Positions 37,200 to 47,457 of a stretch of 64,000 nt of DNA are shown piece by piece. The position numbers were made by a program, and so were the translations under genes. The stretch is taken from positions 1,312,001-1,376,000 of the forward strand of contig CAWKKR010000008.1 of NCBI GenBank assembly GCA_963850305.1, given 5' to 3'. The stretch comes from an uncultured delta proteobacterium (GTDB taxonomy: Bacteria > Myxococcota_A > Polyangia > Polyangiales > Polyangiaceae). Within the stretch, counting starts at the first letter, position 1; each line of letters opens with the position of its first letter. A model generated the notes under the pieces. It saw only the letters and a program-made list of their open reading frames with translations, did not search any database and had not been told where the DNA came from.

Positions 37200-38542
37200 G
37201 CCGAGCCGTCCGCTTTCTGTCCGCCCGCCTCTGCCTGGCGGGCAAAGCTCCTGAGCATCGCCTTGGCCGCGACCGGGCCGGCCACGCCCGGCAGGCCCGC
37301 CTTCGGCGCGAGCTGGCCGACGAGACCGAACAGCAGCACCAGCGTGCGTTCGACGTAGAAGTAGCCGTCCGGGTATTCGACGTGGCTCATGATCTCCCGC
37401 AGCCGCCCGCGGACCTGCTGAAATCCGGAGAGCTTCTCCATCTCACCGCGGTCGATCTTCGAAAAATCCTCGATACGGATGTTGGCGAGCACCTTCAGGT
37501 ACTCCCGTCCGACGCGGCGCAGGAGCTCGCGATCGCCGCCCTCCGCGACGAAGCCCATGCGCTCCAGGCCGGCGAGAATCTGATCCGCATCGCGCGACAG
37601 ACCGCCGGTGACGACTGCCAGCATCCCTTCGGCGAGCGCGAGCGTCACTTCCTCGACCGCGCCGAAGTCGAGGATCACGAGCTTCGGTCCCGTTCGCACG
37701 AGGAAGTTCCCGGGGTGTGGATCCGCATGAAACACCCGGTGCTCGAGCAGCATCGCGTAGTAACACTCGACGAGGAGCCGCGCGATCGCGTCTCGATCGA
37801 TGCCCGCGGCGTCGATCGCGTCGAAGTCCGTGATCTTGATCCCCTCCTCGAAGCTCATCGTGAGCACGCTCCGGCTCGTGAGCTCGTCGATGACTTCCGG
37901 GATGACGACCTCCGGTTGACCGGCGAAGATGGAACGGATGCGTTCGATGTTGCGTCGCTCTTGCGAGTAATCCGTTTCACGCGCGAGCATCGCCGACAGC
38001 TGATCGAGCACGCGACCGAGCCGCCCGATCGGCACGAGCCGCTTCGCGAACGGCAGAATGGCGCGCAGCACCCCCAGATCGCGGCGGATGAGCGCCTCGA
38101 TTCCGGGATAGAGGACCTTGACGGCGACGGGACGTCCATCGCGCGTCGTCCCCCGGTGAACCTGGGCGAGCGACGCCGCGGCGATGGGCTCGCGCTCGAG
38201 CGAACCGAAGCGCGCGATCGCGTCCGGACCGAGGGCTTCCCGGAGCCGCCCTTCGATTTCCGGGAACGGGCGTGGCGGGACCTGGTCCTGGAGGCGTGCG
38301 AGGGCGACGCCGTAGGCCGTCGGCAGGAAGCCGCCGAGCACGCTCAGCACCTGCCCCATCTTGATGAAGACCCCGCGGAGCTCCGTGAATCCGTTGGCTA
38401 GTCGGTTCGCGTTTTTCTGGTGCACGCGTTCGAGGCGTCGTGCGGCGCGGGCTCGGCCGAGGAGCTTCGAAAGGAGGTAGTGCGAGCCATACGAGGTGAA
38501 GAGGACGACGAAGAGCCACAATGCTCGGAGCGAACGGATCAC
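37196..38542 (-). CDS. ABC1/UbiB (AarF) family atypical kinase
   Basis: GVFIKMGQ, LQD, AAASLAQVH, VAVKV, FHADPHPGN, LDFG. Confidence 0.93.
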   Translation of the reverse strand: MIRSLRALWLFVVLFTSYGSHYLLSKLLGRARAARRLERVHQKNANRLANGFTELRGVFIKMGQVLSVLGGFLPTAYGVALARLQDQVPPRPFPEIEGRLREALGPDAIARFGSLEREPIAAASLAQVHRGTTRDGRPVAVKVLYPGIEALIRRDLGVLRAILPFAKRLVPIGRLGRVLDQLSAMLARETDYSQERRNIERIRSIFAGQPEVVIPEVIDELTSRSVLTMSFEEGIKITDFDAIDAAGIDRDAIARLLVECYYAMLLEHRVFHADPHPGNFLVRTGPKLVILDFGAVEEVTLALAEGMLAVVTGGLSRDADQILAGLERMGFVAEGGDRELLRRVGREYLKVLANIRIEDFSKIDRGEMEKLSGFQQVRGRLREIMSHVEYPDGYFYVERTLVLLFGLVGQLAPKAGLPGVAGPVAAKAMLRSFARQAEAGGQKADGSA

Positions 38543-38596
38543 TTCCGGCGAGCCTAGCGCCGATCGGTCGCGTTCACTATAAGCGGGCAGGCGAAG

Positions 38597-39091
38597 ATGT
38601 CGGACGATCCACCTTCCACGTCCGAGGCCGTGCCGGCCGACCCGAAGACGCAGGTCGCCGAGGCCTTGACGGTGCACGTGCCGCACAACCGCGCACTCGG
38701 ACTTCGGTTCATCGAGTACCGGGACGGCAGGGTGACGGTCGGACTGCCGTACAGCGAACGGCTCGTGGGCAATCCACTGACCCGCGTGCTCCACGGGGGC
38801 GCCATCACCGCATTGATGGACGCGACCTGCGGCACGGCCGTTTTCATGCGACTCCGCGAGCCAGCTCCCATCGCAACCCTCGATCTACGGATCGATTATC
38901 TGCGACCCGCCACGCCGGATCTGGAAGTGTACGCGCGCGCGGAGTGCTTCCGTGTGACGCACCACGTCGCGTTCGTTCGCTGCGAGACCTTTCATCCCGG
39001 GGCCGAGTCGGACCTGGTTGCCGTCGCCAACGGGACGTTCATCATTTCGCGCGATCGCACCTTCAGTGGGCGCAAGAGAAACAAATCGTGA
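38597..39091 (+). CDS. PaaI family (hotdog) thioesterase
   Basis: LVGNP...LHGGAITALMDATCG, ATLDLRIDYLRPA. Confidence 0.92.
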   Translation: MSDDPPSTSEAVPADPKTQVAEALTVHVPHNRALGLRFIEYRDGRVTVGLPYSERLVGNPLTRVLHGGAITALMDATCGTAVFMRLREPAPIATLDLRIDYLRPATPDLEVYARAECFRVTHHVAFVRCETFHPGAESDLVAVANGTFIISRDRTFSGRKRNKS

Positions 39092-39534
39092 ATCCCCTGG
39101 CCGACATCATCCGGGCCGCGAAAGCCGCGAACGACCTCGAAGGGCTCGTGGCGGGAATTCCGTACCTGCAGTTCCTCGGCGTCTCCATGGGGTTCGAGAG
39201 CGGCGAGCTCGTGGGCAAGATGAAGTATTCCGATCCGCTGATCGGAAACACGATGTTGCCCGCCATCCACGGCGGCACCATCGGCGCCTTGCTCGAATCG
39301 ACCGCGGCCTTCCAGACGATGTGGGAAGTCGAGACGCTCTCGCTCCCGAAGATCGTCACCATCACGGTAGACTTTCTCCGACCAGGTCGCCCCGTGGACA
39401 CCTTCGCCAAGGCCACCATCACGAAGCACGGCCGTCGCGTCGTGAACGTCGGCATCGCGGCGTGGCAAGATGACCGCGCTCGCCCGATCGCGCGCGGGCA
39501 CGCGGCGTTTCTCGTGGAACCGACCGAGCCTTGA
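39088..39534 (+). CDS. PaaI family (hotdog) thioesterase
   Basis: GTGA overlap; IPYLQFLG, IHGGTIGALLE, VDFLRPG, GRRV. Confidence 0.92.
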   Translation: MNPLADIIRAAKAANDLEGLVAGIPYLQFLGVSMGFESGELVGKMKYSDPLIGNTMLPAIHGGTIGALLESTAAFQTMWEVETLSLPKIVTITVDFLRPGRPVDTFAKATITKHGRRVVNVGIAAWQDDRARPIARGHAAFLVEPTEP

Positions 39535-39541
39535 GGACGGC

Positions 39542-40294
39542 GTGAAGGGTCGGATACTCGAGCTCGAGGAGACCGCCTTTCGAGCGTGGCCCGCCGCGGA
39601 CGTCGTCGATGAAGACGGCTGGCGCGTCCGCTTCACCCCGCTATCGAGCCACCGCGCGAACTCCGTCTGCGCCAATGCGTGCCGCGGGCGCCGCTCGCTC
39701 GACGACAGGATCGACGCGGTCGAGACGTTCTACGCAGCAAGGGGCGCTCCCGCGAGCTTTCAGATCTCGGCCGCCGCGGACCCGCCGGACCTGGACGGAC
39801 GACTCGCCGCCCGAGGCTACGACGTCTCGGTCGCCGCACTCGTGGAAACGATCGAGCTTTCCGAGTTTCGAATGCTCGGGCAACCCCCCGGAATTCTCAC
39901 GCGCGTCACGCCGTCGGCCGTCGAAGAGTGGTGCTCGCTCGCTGTCGAAGGCGGTCGCCATGCCGGACAGCGCGAAGCGTACCTGGGTCTCCTCGGTCGC
40001 ATCGGCGCACGCGCGGGGTTCGCAGTCGCGCGCAAGAAGGGTGTCCCTGTCGCGATCGGGCTCGGCGTTCTCGACGGCGAATGGCTCGGCGTCTTCGACA
40101 TGGCCACCGTGCCCGAGGCGAGGCGGCGGCGGGCGGCCACGGCAGTCCTCGGAGCGCTCGCGGCGTGGGGCTCGGCGCGTGGCGCGATGCGCGTGTATCT
40201 TCAGGTCGAGCGCGACAACACGCCGGGTCGCGCGCTGTACGAGTCGGCCGGCTTCCGGGAATCGTACCCGTATCATTTTCGCGAGAAGCGCTGA
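39542..40294 (+). CDS. GNAT family N-acetyltransferase
   Basis: RAWPA, HRANSV, PEARRRRAA, VYLQVERDNTPGRALYESAGF. Confidence 0.9.
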   Translation: MKGRILELEETAFRAWPAADVVDEDGWRVRFTPLSSHRANSVCANACRGRRSLDDRIDAVETFYAARGAPASFQISAAADPPDLDGRLAARGYDVSVAALVETIELSEFRMLGQPPGILTRVTPSAVEEWCSLAVEGGRHAGQREAYLGLLGRIGARAGFAVARKKGVPVAIGLGVLDGEWLGVFDMATVPEARRRRAATAVLGALAAWGSARGAMRVYLQVERDNTPGRALYESAGFRESYPYHFREKR

Positions 40295-40753
40295 CGAGAC
40301 CGGTCTCACGGCGCCACGCAACCGAACTCGGTCGTACTGCCTGGAGGCGGAAAAGTTCCGCTTCTGGTAGTGCAGCGAGCCCATTCCGGCCGCCTCGAAC
40401 CGTCGGCGTCATCGAAAGTGGGAGCTTCGTGACACGCGCCGAGCGGCGCTTCGCCCGCAGGGGCGACATTTCGATCGCCGAGTGCAAATGCTATGGTTCA
40501 CCCTAGTGCAGGGGTATTCGACGGGTTCGCGGCGGACGAGTGCGAAGCGTCCGAGGACTCTCGCGGTCGACGACGGGACGGCGCTTCATCGGGTTTCCGG
40601 GTGCCACGAGATGGACGAGAAGACTCGCAACCTCGGGCGGCGCGCGCCGTTGCGGCGCCGATGACCGAGGGACCTCGGGGCCGGCGAGGGCGCGGCACCG
40701 TCGAGCCCGAGCGCTCGGTCGCATCGGGCCGGAAGAAGCGCGAGGGCCAGCCG

Positions 40754-41899
40754 ATGGCACGTCCCACCGTCCCGGTGAAGCAGGGATTGGTGGACACCAT
40801 CCTCCGCGAGTACCTGAGCAAACCCACGACGCCCGGGATGCAAGCGGTGAAGCCCCCGGTCACGCGTCACGCGATGCGGCCGGGTGCCCCCGCGGCGCCG
40901 AAGCGTCCGCCCGATGGTGTGGGGCCGCCCGAACATGAGCCGGTCCGCTCGCGGCAGACGGCAGTAGCAGTGGAAGACGACGCGGGAGGGGCGCGCTACG
41001 AGGACGAGCGCCCGACGGGCCGCTGGTCGACCGAGCCCGGCAACGGTGTCCAGAACCTCGTGCGCGATCGAGGGGTGCTGGTGCGGCTCGACGGCGACGC
41101 CAGTGGTCAGGTGCTTTCCCTGCCGGAGACGCCCCTCCTCGTAGGCAGAAGCTCGCGCGCGCACGTGCACATCACGGATCCGAGCGTGAGCCGCGAGCAC
41201 GCGCGCATCGTTTCCAAGAACGGCACACACTACGTAGTCGACCAGGGGTCGCAGAACGGCACGCTCATCGGCGGCCGGCGGGTCGCACGCGCGGAGCTTC
41301 GAGACGGCGATCTCGTCCAGTTCGGGCAGCGAGCCACGTACCGGTTCTCGCTGATGGACGGGACGCAGGAGCAGATCATGCGCAGGCTCTACGACTCGAG
41401 CATGCAAGACGCGCTGACCGGGGCGGACAACCGGAGACACATGGACACGCGCCTTCATGCGGAGATTGCCTTCGCGAAGCGCCACGAGCGACCGCTGTCG
41501 TTCCTTCTCCTCGACATCGACCACTTCAAGAAGGTGAACGATCAGTACGGGCACCCAGCCGGAGACGAGGTGCTGAAGTCCGTCGCTGACGTGGTACGGG
41601 GCCAGCTCCGCACCGAGGACGCCTTCGCCCGGTACGGCGGGGAGGAATTCGCCATCGTGGTGCGCGACACGGCGTTGTCGGGGGCGGTTCACCTCGCGGA
41701 GCGAGTCCGCGAATGCATCGGTCGTACCGCCATGAACCTGGACGGCGCGAGCGCCGCCGTCACCATGAGCATCGGCTGTTCGTCACTCTCCTGCTGTCGG
41801 GAGGCGTCGACGGAGGAGCTCATCGCCGTGGCCGATCGACGGCTGTACCGGGCGAAGCGCGGGGGACGAAACCGCGTCGTGTGGACGGACGACGGCTGA
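40754..41899 (+). CDS. FHA-domain diguanylate cyclase
   Basis: FHA motifs VGR, VSREHA, SQNGT; DALTG, DIDHFKKVND, RTED (RxxD I-site), RYGGEEF. Start uncertain (40661 or 40754). Confidence 0.9.
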   Translation: MARPTVPVKQGLVDTILREYLSKPTTPGMQAVKPPVTRHAMRPGAPAAPKRPPDGVGPPEHEPVRSRQTAVAVEDDAGGARYEDERPTGRWSTEPGNGVQNLVRDRGVLVRLDGDASGQVLSLPETPLLVGRSSRAHVHITDPSVSREHARIVSKNGTHYVVDQGSQNGTLIGGRRVARAELRDGDLVQFGQRATYRFSLMDGTQEQIMRRLYDSSMQDALTGADNRRHMDTRLHAEIAFAKRHERPLSFLLLDIDHFKKVNDQYGHPAGDEVLKSVADVVRGQLRTEDAFARYGGEEFAIVVRDTALSGAVHLAERVRECIGRTAMNLDGASAAVTMSIGCSSLSCCREASTEELIAVADRRLYRAKRGGRNRVVWTDDG

Positions 41900-41954
41900 G
41901 AGAGCCCGGACTTTGCGCCCCGCTCGGGCGGAATGGTAGATCGAGGATTCGTTC

Positions 41955-43628
41955 ATGCCCGAATTCATTTTCACGATGACCGGGGTCACGCGCGTGCATC
42001 CGCCGGACAAGCGCGTCCTCGAAAACATTCACCTGGCCTTCTTCCCGGGCGCGAAGATAGGCGTGCTCGGCGTCAACGGGTCGGGGAAATCTTCCTTGAT
42101 CCGGATCATGGCCGGCGTGGACACGGAGTTCATCGGCGAGGCCCGGGCCCGCCCCGGAACGCGAATCGGCTACTTCGCTCAAGAGCCCGAGCTGTCGAAG
42201 TGGAAGACCGTGAAGGAAGCGGTCGAGGACGCCGTCGGCGAGACGCGCGCGCTCCTCACGGAGTTCGAGGAGGTGAGCACCAAGCTCGGCGAGCCCATGA
42301 GCGACGACGCGATGACGCAGCTTCTCGATCGTCAGGCAGCCCTCCAGGACAAGATCGACGCCTCCGACGCCTGGAGTCTCGACAACACGGTCGAGGTCGC
42401 GATGGACGCGCTCCGATGCCCACCCGCCGACGCCGAGATCCAGCATCTCTCGGGCGGGGAAGCGCGACGTGTGGCGCTCTGCCGCGTGCTCCTGTCGCGA
42501 CCCGACATGCTGCTCCTCGACGAGCCTACGAACCATCTCGACGCGGAGAGCGTCGCGTGGCTCGAGCGGTTCTTGCACGAGTATCCCGGCACCGTCGTCG
42601 CCGTCACTCACGACCGTTACTTCCTCGATAACGTCGCGGAGTGGATCCTCGAGCTCGATCGCGGGCGCGGGATCCCGTTCAAGGGTAACTACTCCTCGTG
42701 GCTCGACCAGAAACAATCGCGCCTCGCGGACGAAGAAAAGCAAGAGTCGGCGCGCCAGAGGAAGCTCAAGCAAGAGCTCGAATGGGTGCGGGCCTCGCCG
42801 CGCGCGCGCCAGGCCAAGAGCAAGGCGCGGCTGGCCGCCTACGAAGAGCTCGCGAGTCAGGCCGCACAGGGCCCCACCGACATCGCCGAGGTCAGCATCC
42901 CGCCCGGTCCGAGGCTCGGTGACGATGTGCTGCAGGCGAAGCACCTGAAGAAAGCCTTCGGCGAAAAGCTGCTCTTCGACGACCTGAACTTTCGCTTACC
43001 GCGAGCCGGCATCGTCGGCGTCATCGGTCCGAACGGCGCCGGCAAATCGACCCTCTTCCGCCTCATCGTCGGCGAGCAGAAGCCCGACGACGGGCAGCTC
43101 GTGCTCGGCGAATCCGTGAAGGTCGCCTACGTCGATCAGAGCCGCGCCTCGCTCGACCCCAACAAGAACGCCTGGGAAGAAATCTCCGGCGGCGAAGAGA
43201 AGATCCCCCTCGGCAAGCGCGAGATCTCGTCACGCGCCTATGCCGGGTGGTTCGGCTTCAAGAGCAGCGACCAGCAAAAGAAGGTCGGCTCCCTGTCCGG
43301 CGGCGAGCGCAATCGCGTGCATCTCGCCAAGCTCCTCCGGCAAGGCGGCAACCTCCTGCTTCTCGACGAACCTACCAACGATCTCGACGTCGACACCCTC
43401 CGCTCGCTCGAGAGCGCGCTCCTTTCATTTCCGGGCTGCGCCGTCGTCGTCAGCCACGACCGCTGGTTCCTCGATCGCATCGCGACGCACATCCTCGCCT
43501 TCGAGGGGGAGAGCCAGGTCGTCTGGTTCGAAGGCAACTACCGCGACTACGAGGAAGATCGAAAGCGCCGCCTCGGCCAGGACGCCGACCAGCCGCACCG
43601 CATCAAGTACCGGAAACTCAAGGTGTGA
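41955..43628 (+). CDS. ettA: Energy-dependent translational throttle protein EttA (ABC-F)
   Basis: Two ABC domains with [26 protein letters not shown] linker; HRIKYRKL C-terminus. Confidence 0.96.
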   Translation: MPEFIFTMTGVTRVHPPDKRVLENIHLAFFPGAKIGVLGVNGSGKSSLIRIMAGVDTEFIGEARARPGTRIGYFAQEPELSKWKTVKEAVEDAVGETRALLTEFEEVSTKLGEPMSDDAMTQLLDRQAALQDKIDASDAWSLDNTVEVAMDALRCPPADAEIQHLSGGEARRVALCRVLLSRPDMLLLDEPTNHLDAESVAWLERFLHEYPGTVVAVTHDRYFLDNVAEWILELDRGRGIPFKGNYSSWLDQKQSRLADEEKQESARQRKLKQELEWVRASPRARQAKSKARLAAYEELASQAAQGPTDIAEVSIPPGPRLGDDVLQAKHLKKAFGEKLLFDDLNFRLPRAGIVGVIGPNGAGKSTLFRLIVGEQKPDDGQLVLGESVKVAYVDQSRASLDPNKNAWEEISGGEEKIPLGKREISSRAYAGWFGFKSSDQQKKVGSLSGGERNRVHLAKLLRQGGNLLLLDEPTNDLDVDTLRSLESALLSFPGCAVVVSHDRWFLDRIATHILAFEGESQVVWFEGNYRDYEEDRKRRLGQDADQPHRIKYRKLKV

Positions 43629-43655
43629 TCCGGGCGCCCGCGCGTCTCACGGCGC

Positions 43656-43781
43656 GATCATGAACGATCGCGCCATGTTCCGCGATGATGTCGCCGAGGA
43701 CGGAGGCATCCGCGGCGAGGACGCGCATGATCTCGCCGAGGACGGAGGCATCCGTGAGTCGAACCAGGAATCCGCGCGCGC
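43656..43781. repeat. Degenerate 21-bp-period repeat with a 42-bp-period near-duplication
   Basis: GGAC recurs at 43698, 43719, 43740; TCGCCGAGGACGGAGGCATCCG occurs twice, 42 bp apart. Confidence 0.7.
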
Positions 43782-43854
43782 GAAGAATCTGCGATGCTCG
43801 TCGTCGATAACACGGTCAGAGGGGTCCTTCGCATGAGGATCGAGATAACTCGGG

Positions 43855-45435
43855 ATGAACACGGTCAGTCGCAAACACCACCGGCTTGAACTTTCGGCGG
43901 TGGCGGCCTCGGCGATCGGTTACGTCGCTCTTTCGTTATGGTTTACCCGCAAGGGAACCGTCCCTTCGCCGGATGGGCTCGAATACGCCGAGGTGGCGCG
44001 GAGCCTCGTGCAGGGGCACGGGTATACAATCGATCTCGTAGAGATCCATGCTGGGTTACTCAAGGCAATACGGCACCTTCATGAGCTTCATGGGCTTCTG
44101 CACCCCGTCGTCCTGGCCGCACTGTTCAAGCTCTGGGGACCCCATTTGGAACTGGTGCGTATCCCCGGCATCTACGCCGTAGCGGCTCTGGCCGTTGCAA
44201 CCTATGCCACCGCCCGATCGCTCTTTGGTCCCGCCGCGGGCGCCATCGCCGGCGCGCTGGTTCTGATTCGCCAGGAGCTGACTCTCGACGGCGTCCTGGG
44301 CGGGGATGACGTTGGCTGGGCGCTCTTCTCCACCCTGGCTTTTCTGTGCTTCCTGAAAGCGATCGAGTGCGGCAAGAGTCGATGGTGCTTGCTTTCGGGG
44401 CTGGCCGCCGCCCTGGCGACGCTGGAGAAGTTTTCCGGCTTCGTTCTACCGGCAGCGTTCGGCGTCGTGCTGCTCGCTCTTCCTCGCGTGCGTTCGGTCG
44501 TCGGATGGAGTGGCTGGGGACGTATAGCCGTACCAGTCGGTCTCGCCGCGGCTCTGTACGTGTCGAGGAACTACCTCTTGTCCGGGAGTCTCGCGTTTCG
44601 GTTCAGTGCCCTCGACTGGTTGGCGAAGGAGAGTCCCCAAGCATACTTTGCTTACTACGACGCACCGCCGTCGCTGTACCACGTATGGAGTTCCATGGGG
44701 CTCTCTCGGGTGCTCGAGCTGACGGCGCACCAGTTCCGGATCTTCCTGGGCGTCGTCCGCGACGAGCCCTTCGCGCTGCTCGGCGGGCCCCTTTCTTTGT
44801 TCTACTACATCCGCAAAAGCGCGACACTCTCGTGGTTCGGCCTTTCGTATACTGCAATAACTCTTCTTCTCGTCTGCTTTTTCTACCATGTAGAGGTACG
44901 TTATCTATTTGCGCTCTACCCAATATACTTCGTGGCTCTCTCGGGGCTTTTACTTTCAATCTATAGACAAACCCTCGTCCTTCTGCCCGGGAAGGTGGAA
45001 CCGCTCTGCAAGGCAGTCGCGCTCGTCGTCGGTTCCGCGCTGTTCGTGACTGGCTTCTGCAGGGTCGCTGCCGTGGAGCGGTCGGTGGGCGCCGTCGCTT
45101 CGAAGAAGGGGCCCTGCGAAGATGCGATGGATTTCCTCCGCACGCATGTTGGTCCGGGTGAATCCATCTTGACCTCGAGTCCGTGGCTCGTCGCCTGGGC
45201 CACCGGGCGCGCGGCGGTAAATGCGCCAACGAACGGACCGGACGCGCTCCTCACCGTTACGAACCACTACGAGGTTAGCTGGGTCGTCGACGGACTCCCG
45301 AGTTACGCGACTGCGGATATGAGTCAGGTGCTTCGACAGTTGAGGCACCTGGGCGCATCGGTTCGGGTACAAACGGTGCACCGCGCGGCAGAGTGCTCGG
45401 TTGACCGACTGCGCCGGCTCGGTCCTCGGCACTGA
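43855..45435 (+). CDS. ArnT/GT39-like (GT-C fold) integral membrane glycosyltransferase
   Basis: PDGLEYAEVARSLVQGHG, many TM segments, GLAAALATLEK, RYLFALYP; visibly more A/T-ending codons than neighbouring genes. Confidence 0.8.
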   Translation: MNTVSRKHHRLELSAVAASAIGYVALSLWFTRKGTVPSPDGLEYAEVARSLVQGHGYTIDLVEIHAGLLKAIRHLHELHGLLHPVVLAALFKLWGPHLELVRIPGIYAVAALAVATYATARSLFGPAAGAIAGALVLIRQELTLDGVLGGDDVGWALFSTLAFLCFLKAIECGKSRWCLLSGLAAALATLEKFSGFVLPAAFGVVLLALPRVRSVVGWSGWGRIAVPVGLAAALYVSRNYLLSGSLAFRFSALDWLAKESPQAYFAYYDAPPSLYHVWSSMGLSRVLELTAHQFRIFLGVVRDEPFALLGGPLSLFYYIRKSATLSWFGLSYTAITLLLVCFFYHVEVRYLFALYPIYFVALSGLLLSIYRQTLVLLPGKVEPLCKAVALVVGSALFVTGFCRVAAVERSVGAVASKKGPCEDAMDFLRTHVGPGESILTSSPWLVAWATGRAAVNAPTNGPDALLTVTNHYEVSWVVDGLPSYATADMSQVLRQLRHLGASVRVQTVHRAAECSVDRLRRLGPRH

Positions 45436-45468
45436 GGCTCGGCGGACGGCTGGCTCGATCCCCCGCGG

Positions 45469-46476
45469 TCAGCTCCCGTGCGTCTCTCGCGCCGTCGCTA
45501 TCCCGCACGCGTCGCGCGCGTCGGCCATCACTCCGCGCGCCACGGTGCGCGCGCGCCTGGCCCCCTCCACGAGCACGTCCTCGATGAACGCGTCGTCGCT
45601 CGCCAGCGAGCGCCTCTTCTCGCGGAACGGGCCGAACCTCTCGTCGTAGGCGGCGTGCAGGCGCTTCTTCAGCTCGCCGTAGCCCACGCCGCCCGTCCCG
45701 TACACGGGCTCGAACTCCGCGGCCTTCGCGGGCGCGAGGAGGCGATAGAGCGTCATCAAGGTGTCGTTCGGATCTTTCGGATCCTCGACGCCCTTGCTGT
45801 CGGTCTTGATGGACGCGAAGTACGTCTTCCACGCCTGCTTGTCGGTCATGCCGTCGGGCAAGAAGATCGGGATGGTATTGTCGTAGCTCTTGCTCATCTT
45901 CTCGCCGTCGATGCCTGGGACCTTCGCGCCGACGGAGAAGCGCCACTCGGGTCGCACGAAGACCTCGCGCCCGAACGCGGCGTTGAAGCTCCCCGCCATG
46001 TCTTGCGCCATCTCGACGTGCTGTTGCTGGTCTCTCCCGACCGGCACGAGCGTGCTTCGACAGATGAGGATGTCGGCCGCCATGAGTAACGGATAATTGA
46101 AGAGCCCCATCGACGCCTCGATCCCCCGGGCGATCTTGTCCTTGTAGCTCGTGGCGCGCTCGAGGAGCCCCTTGCCGACGACGCACGAGAGGAGCCACGC
46201 GAGCTCCGTCACCTCGGGAACGTCGCTCTGGCGATAGAAGGTGGCCTTGCCCGGATCGAGGCCGAGCGCGAGGTAATCGAGCGCGACGTCGCGCGTCAGG
46301 GTGCGGAGACGCGCGGCGTCCTGCAACGTGGTGAGCGAGTGATAGTTCGCGATGAAATAAAAGGCCCGATCGGCGCCTCCCGCCGTCTCCTGGAGCTCGA
46401 CGTGCTGCTGGATCGCGCCGAAGTAGTTGCCGAGATGGAGCGTGCCGCTCGGTTGAATTCCGGACAGGATGCGCAT
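45469..46476 (-). CDS. trpS: Tryptophan--tRNA ligase
   Basis: SGIQPSG, HLGNY, YPLLMAADIL, VPVGRDQQQH, KMSKS. Confidence 0.97.
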   Translation of the reverse strand: MRILSGIQPSGTLHLGNYFGAIQQHVELQETAGGADRAFYFIANYHSLTTLQDAARLRTLTRDVALDYLALGLDPGKATFYRQSDVPEVTELAWLLSCVVGKGLLERATSYKDKIARGIEASMGLFNYPLLMAADILICRSTLVPVGRDQQQHVEMAQDMAGSFNAAFGREVFVRPEWRFSVGAKVPGIDGEKMSKSYDNTIPIFLPDGMTDKQAWKTYFASIKTDSKGVEDPKDPNDTLMTLYRLLAPAKAAEFEPVYGTGGVGYGELKKRLHAAYDERFGPFREKRRSLASDDAFIEDVLVEGARRARTVARGVMADARDACGIATARETHGS

Positions 46477-46527
46477 CGGTGAAGGCTAGTGATAGTCGAC
46501 AATCTCTACGTCAGGGGCGGGCAAAGC

Positions 46528-46962
46528 TCAGGTATTGGGGGGAGTGGCGTCGAGGGCGCACGCGACGAATTCGGCGAAGGCTCGCAGGTCACGGGTTTCG
46601 TGGAGCGCGGCGTGGACGCGATCGTAGTCGACGATGGGGTAGAAGTGGGCGAGGACGTTGCGAAGGCCGGCCCATCCCGCGAGTCGTTCGGCGAGCGCGG
46701 GGTCTAGAGCGCCGGACGTTCCGAGCCTTCGGAAGGCGTCCCCGTAGCTGCCGCTCTGAGGCACGAGCGTATCGGCACCGATGTGGAGCGCCAGGTCCAC
46801 GCTCGCTTGCACGGCAAGATACAGAGCGTGCAGCACGAGATGCTGAGTGTCGCGATCAGTACGGAGCTGCGCCAGCGTGATTCGATCGCGATATCTGTCG
46901 AGGTCCGAGAGGTTGTCGAGCAGAACGCCGAGCAGCCGCCTCACGGCGTCGGGGCGGACCAT
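46528..46962 (-). CDS. hepT: HEPN (DUF86/HepT) RNase toxin
   Basis: RNVLAHFY (Rx4HxY), SYGDAF; TGATG coupling to the upstream MNT gene. Confidence 0.88.
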   Translation of the reverse strand: MVRPDAVRRLLGVLLDNLSDLDRYRDRITLAQLRTDRDTQHLVLHALYLAVQASVDLALHIGADTLVPQSGSYGDAFRRLGTSGALDPALAERLAGWAGLRNVLAHFYPIVDYDRVHAALHETRDLRAFAEFVACALDATPPNT

Positions 46963-47405
46963 CAGCGAGCGCGCTCGCGAAGAGCTTCGAGACGGAGCGC
47001 TTCGCCACGCTGGATCCAGGGCTCGAGGTCGAGCCAGATGCGCGTGACGTGAATCTCCCACTCTCGGCGCGCCAAGGGCTCCCGATCGAACAGGAGGATG
47101 CCTTCGCGGACGGCCATACCGCGCACCGCCGGCGCAGCGGATCCGAGATCGACGACGTCGATGCGGATGTCGGGAACCGCGCTCTCGAGGGCGGATACGA
47201 GCGACCCGAAGCGCACCGCGCCCCGGCCCTGCACCGGATCGAGCACGACTCCGACGTCGAGATCGCGGAAGGGTTCTCCTCGAGCGGCGGACCCGAACAG
47301 GTACGCCCACCGCACGGCAGCATCTTCGGACAGGGCGCTGCGGAGCCGCGGAAGCGCAGCGTGGCGCGCCGTCGCCGGGTGGAGCCCGTGAGGTCCCGCG
47401 TCCAT
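46962..47405 (-). CDS. mntA: Minimal nucleotidyltransferase antitoxin (MntA-like)
   Basis: AYLFGSAARG...DLDVGV, IDVVDL. Confidence 0.88.
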   Translation of the reverse strand: MDAGPHGLHPATARHAALPRLRSALSEDAAVRWAYLFGSAARGEPFRDLDVGVVLDPVQGRGAVRFGSLVSALESAVPDIRIDVVDLGSAAPAVRGMAVREGILLFDREPLARREWEIHVTRIWLDLEPWIQRGEALRLEALRERAR

Positions 47406-47457
47406 CCGTGAAGGATAGCCGGCAACGGCGCACGACGCCACGGACGCCGCGGGGCCG

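Noticed and set aside
40295..40750. c-di-GMP riboswitch, SRP RNA or 6S RNA call
   Set aside because: No diagnostic motifs recognisable by eye; kept only as an unnamed hairpin.
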